This document shows positions 36,987-49,860 of a stretch of 64,000 nucleotides of DNA, one piece after another; position 1 is the stretch's first letter; each line of letters begins with the position of its first letter. Source of the DNA: Octopus sinensis (taxonomy: Eukaryota); assembly GCF_006345805.1 (NCBI RefSeq), contig NC_043010.1, forward strand, positions 12,586,001 to 12,650,000, written 5' to 3'. The position numbers were made by a program, and so were the translations under genes. The notes beneath the pieces are model-generated. The model was not told where the DNA came from. It saw nothing but the letters and a program-made list of their open reading frames with translations, and did not search any database.

Positions 36987-37190
36987 TTTTACTCTTTTAC
37001 TTGTTTCAGTCATGTGACTGTGGCCATGCTGGAGCACTGCCTTTAGTCGAGCAAATCAACCCCGGCACTTATTCTTTGTAAGCCTAGTATTTATTCTATC
37101 GGTCTCTTTTGCTGAACCACTAAGTTACTGGGACATAAACACACCATCATCGGTTGTCAAGTGATGTTGGGGGGGTACAAACACAGACAC

Positions 37191-37239
<49 letters not shown>

Positions 37240-37510
37240 CATACATATATACGATGGGCTCCTTTCAGTTTCCGATTGCCAAATCCCCTCACAAGGCTTT
37301 GGTCGACCCAAGGTTAGAGTAGAAGACTCTTGCCCAAGGTGCCACGCAGTGGGACTGAACCCGGAACCATTTACATTGCAACTCATTTCTACAGATGAGT
37401 GAACTGGAGCAATGGGAAATAAGGTGTCATGCTCAAGAACACAACACACAGCCTGGAATTGAACTCACTACTCCATGATTGTGAGCCCGACACTCTAACC
37501 ATGGAGCCCA
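36987..37510 (-). mobile_element. SINE A (36987-37369) abutting a SINE C head (37370-37510)
   Basis: Family homology. Confidence 0.85.
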
Positions 37511-38456
37511 GCTCTTTCACACTTATTTCATTCATTCCACTCTTCGTTGTTTCATTCCCCCCTCTCATATTTCATTGCCTTCTCTTCTTGCTCACTTTCC
37601 CTCCTCTTTTCACTTCACTGCGTCCCTGTCATTTTTTCTCGCCCCTCCTTATTTCTTCTGTCCCTCTGCCCCTATCTCTCTCTCTTCTCTCCCCATGTGA
37701 CAGGTGTTTGGGCAAGCATGACCTTTCTTTCATGGTTTGGCCTTTGTCCATGCAGCATCTAAATTTTTCCCTGTGCCTGTGAAATCTTGTATCCCAGTCG
37801 TAAGGCTTTACTTCCACAAACGCCAGCTTAATTTAATTTGTCCTTAGTCAAAAGACACTTGTTTTTATGTCCTGTTATATGTATTTGTGTAACACTCTCC
37901 ATTTTTTTTCCATCCTTGTTTTTGTAAATATTCGCTACTTTCTTCCAAGGAATCTAATGCTCTTAGCTTAGTTTTTCCTTGGGGCTGGCCATATTGGAGC
38001 AATCTTGAGTATAACCAGCTGAAATTGCAAAGATAATCTGGAACTCAACCGAGGAAAGAAAATTCCAAATGACCCGCCCTTGTTTTCTTTGTATCATCTA
38101 TCTAGATGTTTTGTTGTCCCTTTCTTGTATCACATAACTGTCTGGATGTTTTGCATTCTTGTCCCATTTTGTATTTATATATATATTTATATACATATAT
38201 ACCTATACATATATATATGACACACAATATCTCTCTCTCTCACACACACACATATATACACACATACATATATACACACATATATATATATATATTGCCA
38301 CTTGATATTAAAATTTTTGTATTAATGGAAAACCTCTATAATTGGCTGATGAGTACTCAGCATTTTAAAACTGTTGTAATACTTACAACATTTAATAAAA
38401 TGATGTAGTACGAAACGATCGTACCAAATTACCGGAGTCATTCTTGTTGCTTATTT

Positions 38457-38490
<34 letters not shown>

Positions 38491-38814
38491 CTGTGAGAGT
38501 TAGAGGTTGGGAAGCCAACCAACTAAGGGATAGTACCTATCCAATATACTGCTGGTAGTGTACCCAATTATTAATATCCAAGTGCTTGTTATTGCATGGC
38601 AATTTCACAATCAAGTGTCATATATAGGCAGGGGTAAAAAAGTGGTTTACCCTTAATTTATACAGCAAAAAAGAAAATGGCGGGGATACAAAAATTACAT
38701 ACATCAGCTGGTAGACATTCTATTATGTCTATTTATTCTAAAATATAAGGAAGTATTATAAGAATATATACACATGCAAAGACTGTGTGTTACACACATA
38801 TGTACTAAAAATAC

Positions 38815-39621
38815 TTAAAAGAGTAAAAGATCAGTTCCTCAAGCAGTCACAATATCCTCCATGCTATCTCCATCTCTTCAGTGTTCTGTAGGGATGGGCA
38901 GGTAGAGTTTGGATGTGAATGTGCCTCTAAGCTTCTTCAGAGGGTCTAAATGGTTAGGAGAGCCAATACATATATGAACCAGTTGCCAATAGGTACAGTA
39001 TATTTTTCTTATTGGAAAGGGCATAAGAAGAATAGGAGCAAAACTTAGTAAAATGGATTAGGTATAGGAAAGGGAAATAAGACATGACTTATTTCCCTTT
39101 CCTATACCTATTTCTTTATTACCCACAAGAGGCTAAACATAGAGGAGACAAACAATGACAGACATAGGTATTAAGTCGATTACATCGACCTCAGTGCATA
39201 ACTGGTACTTAATTTATTGACCCCGAAAGGATGAAAAGCAAAGTCGACCTCGGCGGAATTTGAACTCACAACGTAACGACAGACGAAATACGGCTACGCA
39301 TTTCGCCCAGCATGCTAACGTTTCTGCCAGCTCGCCGCCCTATACCTAATCCATTTTACTAACTTGTACTCCTCTCACACACTAAGTATTGCTCCTATTC
39401 TTCTTATGCCCTCTCCAATAAGAAAAATATACTGTACCTATTGGTAACTGATTCTTGTATATATTGACTCTCCTAACCATTTAGACCCTCTGATGAAGCC
39501 TAGAGGCACACTCAACATCCAAACTCTACCTACCCATCCCTACAGAACACTGAAATGATGGAGAGAGCATGGAGGATATCGTGGCTTCTTGGCAGAAAGG
39601 AACTGATCTTTTACTCTTTAA
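38815..39621. repeat. Long palindrome (~267-bp arms, 6-nt loop) interrupted by a SINE B
   Basis: Left arm 38815-39081, loop acatga, right arm 39088-39110 plus 39349-39621; roughly 85-90% identity by eye. Confidence 0.9.
39111..39338 (-). mobile_element. SINE family B with 10-bp TSD
   Basis: TSD cctataccta at 39101-39110 and 39339-39348. Confidence 0.9.
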
Positions 39622-39633
39622 TGTATTACTAAT

Positions 39634-40130
39634 GGAGGCACGTGGCTTAGTGGTTAGGGTGTCAGCATCATGATTGTAAGACTGTGGTTTTGATTCCTGG
39701 ACCGGGTGACGCTTGTGTTCTTAAGCAAAACACTTCATTTCACGTTCATTGCAGCATTACTCATTTTTGCCAGCTGAGTGGACTGGAGCAACGTGAAATG
39801 AAGTGTTTTGCTCAAGAACACAAAGCCTTGTGAGTGAATTTGGTAGACGGAAACTGAAAGGAGCCCATCGTATATATATGTATATATATATATGTGTGTG
39901 TTTGTGTGTCTGTGTTTGTCCACCCAACATCGCTTGACAACCGATGCTGGTGTGTTTACGTCCCCGTAACTTAGCAGTTCAGCAAAAGGGACTGATAGAA
40001 TAAGTACTAGGTTTACAAAGAATAAGTCCTGGGGGGGTGTTGATTTCCTTGACTAAAGGCGGTGCTCCAGCATAGCCACAGTCAAATGACTGAAACAAGT
40101 AAAAGAGTAAACGAGTAAAGAGAGTAAAGA
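39634..40130 (+). mobile_element. Chimeric SINE block: C head, inverted C fragment, A tail
   Basis: 33-bp inverted repeat at 39714-39746 and 39790-39822, then the family A body and tail. Confidence 0.75.
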
Positions 40131-40509
40131 GTATATCACGTGATCAGGAGTTTCTTCAATTTTAGAAATAGTTCTAACAAATGTTACACACTCTAAAAAC
40201 TTATTTCCACAATACTATTCACATGCCAAGTAAAATAAGGTTAAAAATGCTCCTGAAATACAAGATCAAAATAGATCTGCTACAAGAGGAATTTTGCAAA
40301 GTTGATCACTGATTTTCTTAGAATAACTTCTGTTCCAAATTTGAAAGTGACAACCAAGAGCCTCAAGCTCTGGCATTTAATCTAATAAGAGACACTTTCA
40401 GAAATATTTACAAGTGGTCAACTACTATTCTTGTAGTGAATAGCTATCAGAAATGCTATCTTACATCTTAAGTTTTATTTAGCTGACCATTACATTGACA
40501 GCCCTGCAA

Positions 40510-41085
40510 GAACAGCAAGTAGAAAGTATATTCCTATGTACATACACACAGACATGCATACATATATGCATGCATACATACAACATACATTTATATACAC
40601 ACAAAAATACATGCATATATATTTACATAGGTACATACAACATACATACATACATATACACACACACACACATAAATACGTGCATACATATTTACATTCG
40701 TACATACAACATACATATATACACACACCAAAATACATGCATACATATATACACACACACAAATACATGAAATACATATATACACACACACAAATACATG
40801 AAATACATATATACACACACACAAATACATGAATACGTATATACACACACAAAAATACATGCATACATATTTACATTCATACATACAACATACATACATA
40901 CATATACACACACAAACCAGAGATATGTACATATACATATATAGATGTTTGTGTGTGTGTGTGTGTAGATAGATTGATAGATATACATATGCACATACAT
41001 ACACATATGCATAAACACACATGTATATACACACACTCACACACATACATGCATATGCACACACACACACACACACACACATATA
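40510..41085. repeat. Complex (CATA/CA)n minisatellite-like tract
   Basis: Recurring aaatacatg(c/a)atacatat units. Confidence 0.85.
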
Positions 41086-41216
41086 ATATATAATGAAGTG
41101 AATTTTTTCATTTTGTGTTGCTTGAATTGCTCCAACGCCTCATACTTGACAACATTGTCTTCACATTTTAACAGAACCAAAAATATTTTTAACCCCACCA
41201 AAAAAAAAAAAAATTA

Positions 41217-41437
41217 CTGTACATTATTTACATTTGATGGATATTTGTCCTCACGTTTCGGTTGATATACCCTCCAGCCTTCATCAGGTGTCTTGGGGAA
41301 ATTTCGAACCTGGATTCTCATTCCTAAGGTGTTTTTTGATGTTATTATAATTACTATTATTCAAGTCACTGCCTGGAATCGAACTTGAAATCTTGGGGTT
41401 AGTAGCCTGCACTCTTAACCACTATGCCATATGCCTG
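41217..41437 (-). mobile_element. tRNA-headed SINE family F with hammerhead-like tail
   Basis: Minus strand: ggcatatggcatagtggttaagagtgcaggctactaaccccaagatttcaagttcgattccagg (A/B boxes), TAA-rich linker, then CTGATGA-A-GGCTG...CAACC-GAAAC (41287-41255). Confidence 0.75.
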
Positions 41438-41894
41438 TAGGTAATTACTGAGTGAATTTTAGGGCTTATAAATCTATATTTTTCTATCCTTCCTTAATAC
41501 CGGTTCCCATATGCTATTCATATCTGCACTCGGTCTGCTTAGGAGGTTGTTGTATCCTAGCATATGTGCTGCTTCTTTTAGTTTTCTTATTTTCTCTGTC
41601 TATAATTTTAACTTCATCCCACAGGGGGAGGTGGTCTCCATTTTTCCATACATGATCAGCTATACTAGATTTATCAATATCTCCTCATGTCACAGCTTTG
41701 CGATGTTCCTTTAACCTCATTCAAGAAAAACTAGTGACAGACACCCATCCACAAGAACGCACTAATATACCAATGAGAAACTTGATGGAAATTTTGACCT
41801 TCTGTGTGGCAACTACATAATTCATCATCTCTTAAATATAGAAAGAGATCCGTTGAGTCAAGTACACCAACATCAAAATCAATGGAAACTGCAG

Positions 41895-42477
41895 TTGTGA
41901 TCCCTGAGCCGGTGGCACATAAAGAGCACCATCCAAACGTGGCCAATGCCAGCGCCGCCTCGATGAAAGGCAAAGTCGACCTCGGTGATCCGTGCTAGCG
42001 GTGTGCAAAGAGCACCATACAAATGTAATCGTTGACAGAGCGGCTATTCGAGTATGATCATTACCAGCGTCACCTTACTGGCACTTATGCCCGTGCAAGT
42101 AGGGTGCCAAGAGCACCATCCGAGCATGATCGTTGCCAGAGCAGCCAACTGGCTTCCGTGCCAGAGGCACATAAAAGGGTAGCATTCATGCTAGATCATT
42201 ACCAACATCTCTTCACCGGCACATGTAAAAAGATTCCAGCGAAGTCATTGCCAGTACCGCCTGACTGGCACCCGTGCCGGTGGCATGTAAAAAGTACCCA
42301 CTACACTCACGGAGTTGTTGTGGCATAAGGAAGGGCATCTAGCTGTAGAAACACTGCCAGATCAGACTGGAGCCTGGTGCAGCCTTCTGGCTTCCCAGAT
42401 CCCCAGTCGAACCGTCCAACCCATGCTAGCATGGAGAACGGACGTTAAACAATGATGATGATGATGATGATGATGTA
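41895..42477 (+). mobile_element. Long RTE-tailed SINE family D with ~60-bp submodules
   Basis: Repeated gagcaccatc...gccag modules and the canonical (gat)n tail. Confidence 0.85.
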
Positions 42478-42642
42478 GTTAGAGAAAATCCTTATGGGTA
42501 GCAGCTGGTATTATTGTCAGGAATGAGAAACAAATAAAGGAAACCACAAATTCATGCAGTCATCAGTAACGTATCTGACCCAGATTTGCAATATCTGACT
42601 CATCAAAGCTTCTACTGTTGTATGGGAGTTTTATATCATATA

Positions 42643-43033
42643 CTAGCAGTATCACCCGGCGTTGCTCGGGTTTGTAAGGGAAATAACTATATAAGCATTT
42701 TTAGAAAGTTATAGCCAAAAAATAGCAAAAAAATGCATTAAAAATGGAAAACAAATGATGGTAAATTTTTTTTTAAATCGTTGACTCATCGTAGACATTT
42801 TTAGAGAGTTACTTCCCTTATATAATAGCGAAAAAATGCATTAAAATGGAAAAAAACGATGGTAAATTTTTTTTTAAATCGTAGACTCATCGTAGATGCG
42901 TGCTAATACCCAGAAGGGCTCGATATGAATCACGACTATAAGATACCCGGTTTTGGTTAAACTGCACCGCAAAATGTGGGAGTAGTTAGGAATCTAAATC
43001 GTAGGAGACAGACACACAACTTCTCTTTTATAT
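42643..43033 (-). mobile_element. Non-autonomous Helitron, sister of 31643-32039
   Basis: Reverse complement of 31643-32039 with high identity; 3' CTAG at 42643; the 5' TC end appears eroded. Confidence 0.85.
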
Positions 43034-43162
43034 CATATATATCAGTGAGTGGCCCTGCGGGTAGCTCTTGTGTCAAAGTGGAAGGTATTGAAATATCTAC
43101 CTGCTTCACCACCTGATGAAACATCAGCTCCTTTATTCAGAGACGGAGTGCAGCAGCACCTT

Positions 43163-43530
43163 CAGTGGAGGCGCAATGGCCCAGTGGACTCGCGGTCGGA
43201 GGATCGCGGTTTCAATTCCCAGTTGTGTGTGTTTATTGAGCGAAAACACCTAAAGCTCTACGAGGCTCCAGCAGGGGGTGGTGGCGACCCCTGTTGTACT
43301 CTTTCGCCCCCAACTTTCTCTCGCTCTTTCTTCCTGTTTCTTGTCCCCGACTTCCTACGCAACCGCTGAGCCTGGATGCACATTCATCCATCCGTCGATG
43401 CTCTGGGTGTCGTGGGTTGACCTGCTTTCTGTTCTGCGGGTCTTACGAATAGCAAAGGACCACGTTTCGGACTTCTCCCATCTTGCGAGCTCTGGGATGA
43501 AGGCCGTTTGCTCAACAACAACAGCAACAG
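43163..43530 (+). mobile_element. tRNA-headed SINE with (CAA/CAG)n tail
   Basis: gtggaggcgcaatggcccagtgg head, ggtttcaattccc B-box-like motif. Confidence 0.7.
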
Positions 43531-43946
43531 CAGCAGCTTCAGTACCACTAGACACATGTACCACAACCATATATGTGTGTGTATCTTAGTTTTAGGGAAA
43601 TATTTATAGATAAGCTTTTTATAACATGATATTGCAAGGAGATTTTTTTTTCAAAATTCATTGTATGCCACCTAAAACTTGCAACATATTGCCACAGACA
43701 GGCATGTCATAATTTTGATTAACTACGAAAAGTTAATCAAAGTACAAGAAAGCCTCAGGTTGGCCAAGATTCTCTGAATAAAATTTAGTAGACAAAAATC
43801 TGTATAGAACCCCAACAAAAAGGTTACTTTTCTTGTTCTTGGATATTAGATTGCATCAAGTGGTGAAGCTCTAGCTTAAGATACACGAATTTTGTGGGGT
43901 GTTAACTCTTTAGTGTTCATATTACACTGTCAGGTGAAAAGCTTAA

Positions 43947-44167
43947 CCCTTTCATTACCAACCCGGCTGAAACCGGCTCTGGCTAGGTGTACAAATGTCT
44001 TGTATACATAAGTTTTGAATTAAAATCTTCCACCAAACCTGAGTCACAATTTATGTTCCTAACACTAGCTGAATGATAATTAAGGTATTTTACTAAATTT
44101 TTTGTTATATTTAAAATTAATTGAAAGAAACACAGATTATCTCAAAATATATACGGTAACGAAAGGG
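43947..44167. mobile_element. piggyBac-like MITE family A
   Basis: TTAA|ccctttcattacc ... ggtaacgaaaggg|TTAA. Confidence 0.85.
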
Positions 44168-44171
44168 TTAA

Positions 44172-44541
44172 TTATTACCTCCACCTTAGCAAAGGTGGAG
44201 GTATTGTTTTCAATCATGTTTGTTTGTTTGTCCATGGACAAGATATCTCAAGAACTGCTGGATAGATTTGGATGAAACTTTCAGGGATGTTTGGCCTCAT
44301 GACTGACACAAACTAATTAGATTTTGGGATCAATCCAGTACAAGACAAGGATTCTGGATTATTTTTCCGTTTTTTTTTACTTAATTTTTTAGAGCAGCTG
44401 GGTTCATTTTTAGTATTCTCATTTGTGAGAGCAGTTGAGTTTATTTCAGATATCCTCATTTTAAAAGTCTTCTCTGGCTAATCGTTGAGAGGACTTTGGT
44501 GTTCCCTTGGTGGAGGTTTGCATTCTCTGAGTGCTCTTGTT
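44172..44541 (+). mobile_element. Helentron/Helitron2-like non-autonomous element
   Basis: 5' hairpin tacctccacctt-agca-aaggtggaggta (44176-44203), subterminal inverted repeat cttggtggagg (~44506) and 3' ctctgagtgctc, T-rich insertion site. Confidence 0.65.
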
Positions 44542-45621
44542 CACATTGTTTCCGATTAATCATGTAGTCTTGCATAGCTTCAAAATTTCAACAATCTGAT
44601 TGTTTATTTCTAGAATGAGATTGTAGGGTATGTGTGATAGGCTAGATCTGGCCAGTTTGAATATAAAACACTTTAAATATTTGGGCTAAATATGACCAGT
44701 TTAAATGCTAAAGAGCTAAATAACACTTTGTCAATGCCATACCTAATCCACTCTGATTCCAAGGGGTCAAGGCCCCCAGTTACAGCAGAAGTCAGTCTAG
44801 TGGCTAAGTCATGCTGGACTCAAAGAGTGCTGCCTCTCAGATCTGCATCACAGAGGCTCGACTGTGTGTGTGGAAAGACCTTGATGTTGCATGAGCTATT
44901 CCTCTTACCTGAAGGGTTTAATAAGTTGTATACCTCAAGATTTAACTGGGAAGAGAACTGGAGAACAGCATTATAAAGTGGAAATGCACAGGCCGATAAC
45001 AAAAAGGAAAGCACTGCAAGATCTTTTCTAAGAGAAATCATGCAATTTCAGGCTTTTGCAAGAAGGTCCATACTTGCTGATGCCAGCAGGTATGGTACAG
45101 GAAAAGAAAGAGACAGAGACAGAGACAGACAGACAGAGACAGACAGGCAAACAGACAGAGACAGACAGGCAGACAGACAGAGAAGGGGGATTTAATCCAT
45201 CAGCTGTCTGTTTGTGCATTTAATGGAGCCCACACTGTTGCAAGCATTCTGCTGAGGTCTCTAATCTGAAAGTAACTTCTTCCATTTTCTTTACTAAACT
45301 CAGAAGCGACCTTCATCTCTTGACAAAGTTATTGAAAATAATCACTCAGAGTTCAGTTAGTATTTTTTTTTTACCATTTACCTTTTATTTGTTTCAGTCA
45401 TTTGACTGTGGCCATGCTGAGGCACTGCCTCAAAGAAATTAGTAGGAAAAAATCACCCCCCCAGTACTTATTGTTTTTTTTTTTTAATCTTGTCCTTATT
45501 CTATCAGTTTCTTGTACCAATCCACTAAGTTACATGGATGTAAACAAACTAACACTAATTTTCAAGTGGTGAGGGGGTACAAAAACAACACAAAAACAAG
45601 CAGACACATATATATACATAT

Positions 45622-46012
45622 ACTGTTGAGTCTGGGGAGAGTCATTTTCTTTTTGTGCCTTATAATATAACACATTCACCGGTAAAATTTCCACTTATTT
45701 CTTATTTTTATTTTCCCAAAATTTTCATTGCATCTTGCAACCTTTTCAATAGTCTTGACTCTGCTATTTACAAAGAATCTTGCAAACCAAATCCAAAAAG
45801 GAAATATATATATAGTGAGAGTTTACGAAAAAAACAAAAGACGAAGACAGGTGGTGTACAAAACAAACAGATGTATTAGTATAACGGTCAGGAATAGAAG
45901 AAGTCTTTTACGTTTCGAGCCTACGCTCTTCTACAGAAAGGGACACAGAAAAAAAAAAACAAGGAGAGAAACAAGGAAAGAAAAAAATGTGTGTAGTGGC
46001 TAACGATCTAGT
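45622..46012 (-). mobile_element. PLE-like terminus with variant hammerhead, inserted in the microsatellite of a SINE A
   Basis: Minus strand CTTT-CTGTAGA-A-GAGC gtag GCTC-GAAAC-GTA-AAAG (45940-45904); homologous to 56727-56912; SINE A tail at 45385-45620 and head at 46085-46170. Confidence 0.65.
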
Positions 46013-46741
46013 TATATACATACAAATATACACACATACATGCACAGGTGCACGTGCACACACACATACATACATACATACGTATGATGGGCTCCTTTCA
46101 GTTTCCATCCATTAAGTCCACTTACAAGGCTTTTGGTAGGCCCAAGGCTATAGCAGAAGGCACTTACCCACAGTAGAAGTAGAAATTATTTCATTATTCT
46201 TTCCTCCGAGTTTAATATAAAAGAAGGAACAAACCAAGAATATTTTTAAGTTGATTCAAATGACTCTACTTTTCTTCACAAAATCTTTCTCATCACGTCT
46301 GATTTTAAGAAATCATTATAGCATATCTTATAAATATAGCAGCAGAAATAACAAAAAACTGGTGAAAAAAAATCAGCCTAGATTTTGCTACATATAGTTT
46401 GATATTTTTCTGCCCAAAGTTCAAATTCCACTGTGGTGATCCCTAAAATTAATATAAGGACCAGATTTCCCTGCTTCACATCAGTTTTTGGAGGACCTTC
46501 AAAAATGTTATGAGTCCTGTCCTAAGTCACAAAAGGAAAACGATACATTTGTGCATATATGCATACATATAAGCAACACATATATATATATATATAGATA
46601 TATATACACACACACATATATATACATCATCATCATCATATATAAATATATATACATATATACATATATATATATATGTATATATATATGTATGTATGTA
46701 TATGTATATATATATATATATACATATAAATATATATACAC

Positions 46742-46802
<61 letters not shown>

Positions 46803-46827
46803 TATATATATATATACACACACACAC

Positions 46828-46862
<35 letters not shown>

Positions 46863-47002
46863 AAAGGTGTTGAAACACAGGAATTAAGCGAAAAACAACA
46901 TAAAATACTAAATATGAAAAAGAAATAAAGAAGTAATACTATGTACGTAAGGAATTAAGTTTAATTGTCTTTGTAAATAAATATCATACATTCATTCAAT
47001 AT

Positions 47003-47145
<143 letters not shown>

Positions 47146-48640
47146 CATCCCAAATCAGTGTCCATTGAGGATATTATATACTCAGAACAAGAAATATATC
47201 AGTCCAGTGAAATTAGGTAAACATTGATCTGCTTACACAGATGATATCCAAATTCAATGATGTTTGTATTTATATATTGTATTATCAGCAGTTATGGGGA
47301 TCAATTTCTTTTCTTTTGTTTCTTTTGTTTTTGTTTTTTTTTTGTCTTTGTTGTTTGTTTTTTTTATTTTTATTTTTATTTTGTTTAATTTCATAAAATC
47401 AATTTCTTTGATTTAGTGAATAAGTCTGTTTTTATCGTCCTAAGTAAATGTAAATATACCTGCATGGATCTACGGTCCATCCGATTCCATCAACATATTT
47501 GTTTTATGTCAATCTGTGTGAGTGCCTCATCATCACCGTCTCACCATCACCATCATCATCCTCATCGTCGTCGTCATCGTCGCCGCCGTCATCGTCTCAA
47601 CATTGATATTATATTGGCCAATATCTTAAAACATTTCTTCAGTTTCTTTTAAACAAAGTAGTTTAACCGAATCACCTGTTTTTTGTTCTAATATTTGATG
47701 GCAATAATAGATTATGGTCTATTATTTCTTCTCAATGCTTAAATAAACTTTCAGTTTGTACAAATGTCAAATTTCAGCAGAAATCATTCAATAAAAATGA
47801 AATATTTTCAACATTCTGCTTTTCGGTTCACTAAGTAACACATGAACCTCAAAATCCTGTTGTTTTATTGTATTTTCTTTTCTCATTTCTTTCCTTGCTG
47901 CTGTTGTTGTTATTATCATTATTATTATTATTATTACTATTATTATTATTATCATTTTTTTCTTTCTTTCTTTTTTATCTTTTTGCATTACTTTCAGTTT
48001 TCTCCTTTGATGGCAATAATTTTGATAGCCATCTTGACTTCAACTTCCAGATACGATTTCTTTGAACAAAGAAAGCGAAATCATATCTAAGTTCTGTTTT
48101 CTTTTCAGTTCCTTACTTCCATGAAATAAAGTTCACCACATACCACTTCTATGCTAAACTGACTCCCCTACACTGTGAGAGGCAGCACATCTTAACAGAC
48201 CTGCAGGTCTCAATATTTTGTTGTTGTGTCCTGTGATTACTGTTTAGCATTTGTCTCTTGGCATAGCTGCTTCTCAAAAATAAGGGGCTTTTCTGGTTGG
48301 CAATGGTAGAACTAAAAGTAAAAAAAAAAAAAAAAAATCATCAGAATCCTTCAAGAAAATCTCAGATTCCATAATTGAAGAAATCAGTGTGTAAGACTGA
48401 TACAAAAAATATTCATTTCACTTCCTAATAGTATTGCTTACTTCATTCAAATGTTTAACATCAGCTGAGTAATATTTTAACTTCTATATTTCTTTAAGAG
48501 GTAAATATAAAACACATTATTCTTTTCTTAAGCTCAACAAATTTTGTAAATGTAAATTTTAGAACAAAAACATAAAATATTCTTAAATAAAACAGAATGC
48601 AGAGAAACAAAATTTCATAAAGCATATCGGGCAACTTTAA

Positions 48641-49089
48641 CCCTTTCGTTACCTTATTTATTTTGAGATGCTCTGTGTCTCTTTCAATTAATTTTAAATA
48701 TAACAAATAATTTAGTAAAATAACTTAGTTATCGTTAAGTTAGTGTTAGGAACATAAATTGGTGGAAGATTTTAATTCAGAACTTATGTAAACAAGACAT
48801 TTGTACTACAGAGTCAGAGGTGGTTTCAGCTGGGTTGGTATTGAAAGGGTTAGATTAATCATTTGTTAAACCCTTTTGCTACTATATTTTTTTAGATGCC
48901 CTGTGTCTCTTTCAATTAATTTTAAATATAACAAAGAATTTAGTAAAATAACTTAGTTATTGTTAAGTTAGTGTTACGAACATAAATTGTGACTAAGGTT
49001 GGTGGAAGATTTTAATTCAGAACTTATGTATACAAGACGTTTGTACTACAGAGCCAGAGGTGGTTTCAACTGGGTTCGTATTGAAAGGG
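48641..49089. mobile_element. Two tandem piggyBac-like MITEs of family A
   Basis: 48641-48849 and 48871-49089, each ccctttc...gaaaggg with TTAA/TTAG flanks; reverse-complement homologues of 43947-44167. Confidence 0.85.
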
Positions 49090-49469
49090 TTAAAATGAAT
49101 TGTGACAAATTTGCCATGACAGTCTGTTTGCTAAATTTTCTGTTGGATTTTGAAAGTGTTCATTAATATTAGCAATATCATGATTATTGTTTTAAATAAG
49201 ATGTTTTTGATTGGAAAATGAAATATAGTGTCAGTTAGTACTTCACAATCATAAACTACGATGGTTAATATTCCTATCAAATATTGATGTATCAAACACT
49301 GATAAAACAGTGATTTGTTTCCTGGACCACTCTGTGGTCAAAAATCCAATATGGATATTGTTAATAAATGTGTGAATTAAGAAAAGTTGGCCGTCATTAT
49401 TGAACACACCTTCCCTTATAGATAAAAAAAAACACTGTAGAAACATGTAAAAAATTAAATATATATATC

Positions 49470-49503
<34 letters not shown>

Positions 49504-49557
49504 ACATATATATATATATATCTATGTATAACTATCTTGCTAGCTAGCTGGCTAACA

Positions 49558-49589
<32 letters not shown>

Positions 49590-49601
49590 TGCTAGCTAGC
49601 T

Positions 49602-49644
<43 letters not shown>

Positions 49645-49660
49645 TGATGATATATATATA

Positions 49661-49860
49661 TCATCATCATCATCATCGTTTAATGTCCGCTTTCCATGCT
49701 AGCACGGGTTGGACGATTTGACTGAGGACTGGTGAACCAGATGGTTGCACCAGGCTCCAATCTTGATCTGCCAGAGTTTCTACAGCTGGATGTCCTTCCT
49801 AATGTCAACCACTCTGAGAGTGTAGTAGGTGCTTTTACGTGCCACCGGCATGAGGTCCAG
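49661..49860 (-). mobile_element. RTE-tailed SINE family D
   Basis: (cat)n-cgtttaatgtccgctttccatgctagc...gcttttacgtgccacc. Confidence 0.85.

Larger units (their letters stand above)
43902..44720 (+). mobile_element. TTAA-type MITE family B (outer element of a nest)
   Basis: 5' part ttaactctttagtgttcatattacactgtca (43902-43942) and 3' part 44541-44720 match the copy at 60581-60790. Confidence 0.6.

Noticed and set aside
39490-39512. Hammerhead at CTGATGA-A-GCC-taga-GGC
   Set aside because: GAAA is absent in both palindrome arms and I find no stem I or III pairing.
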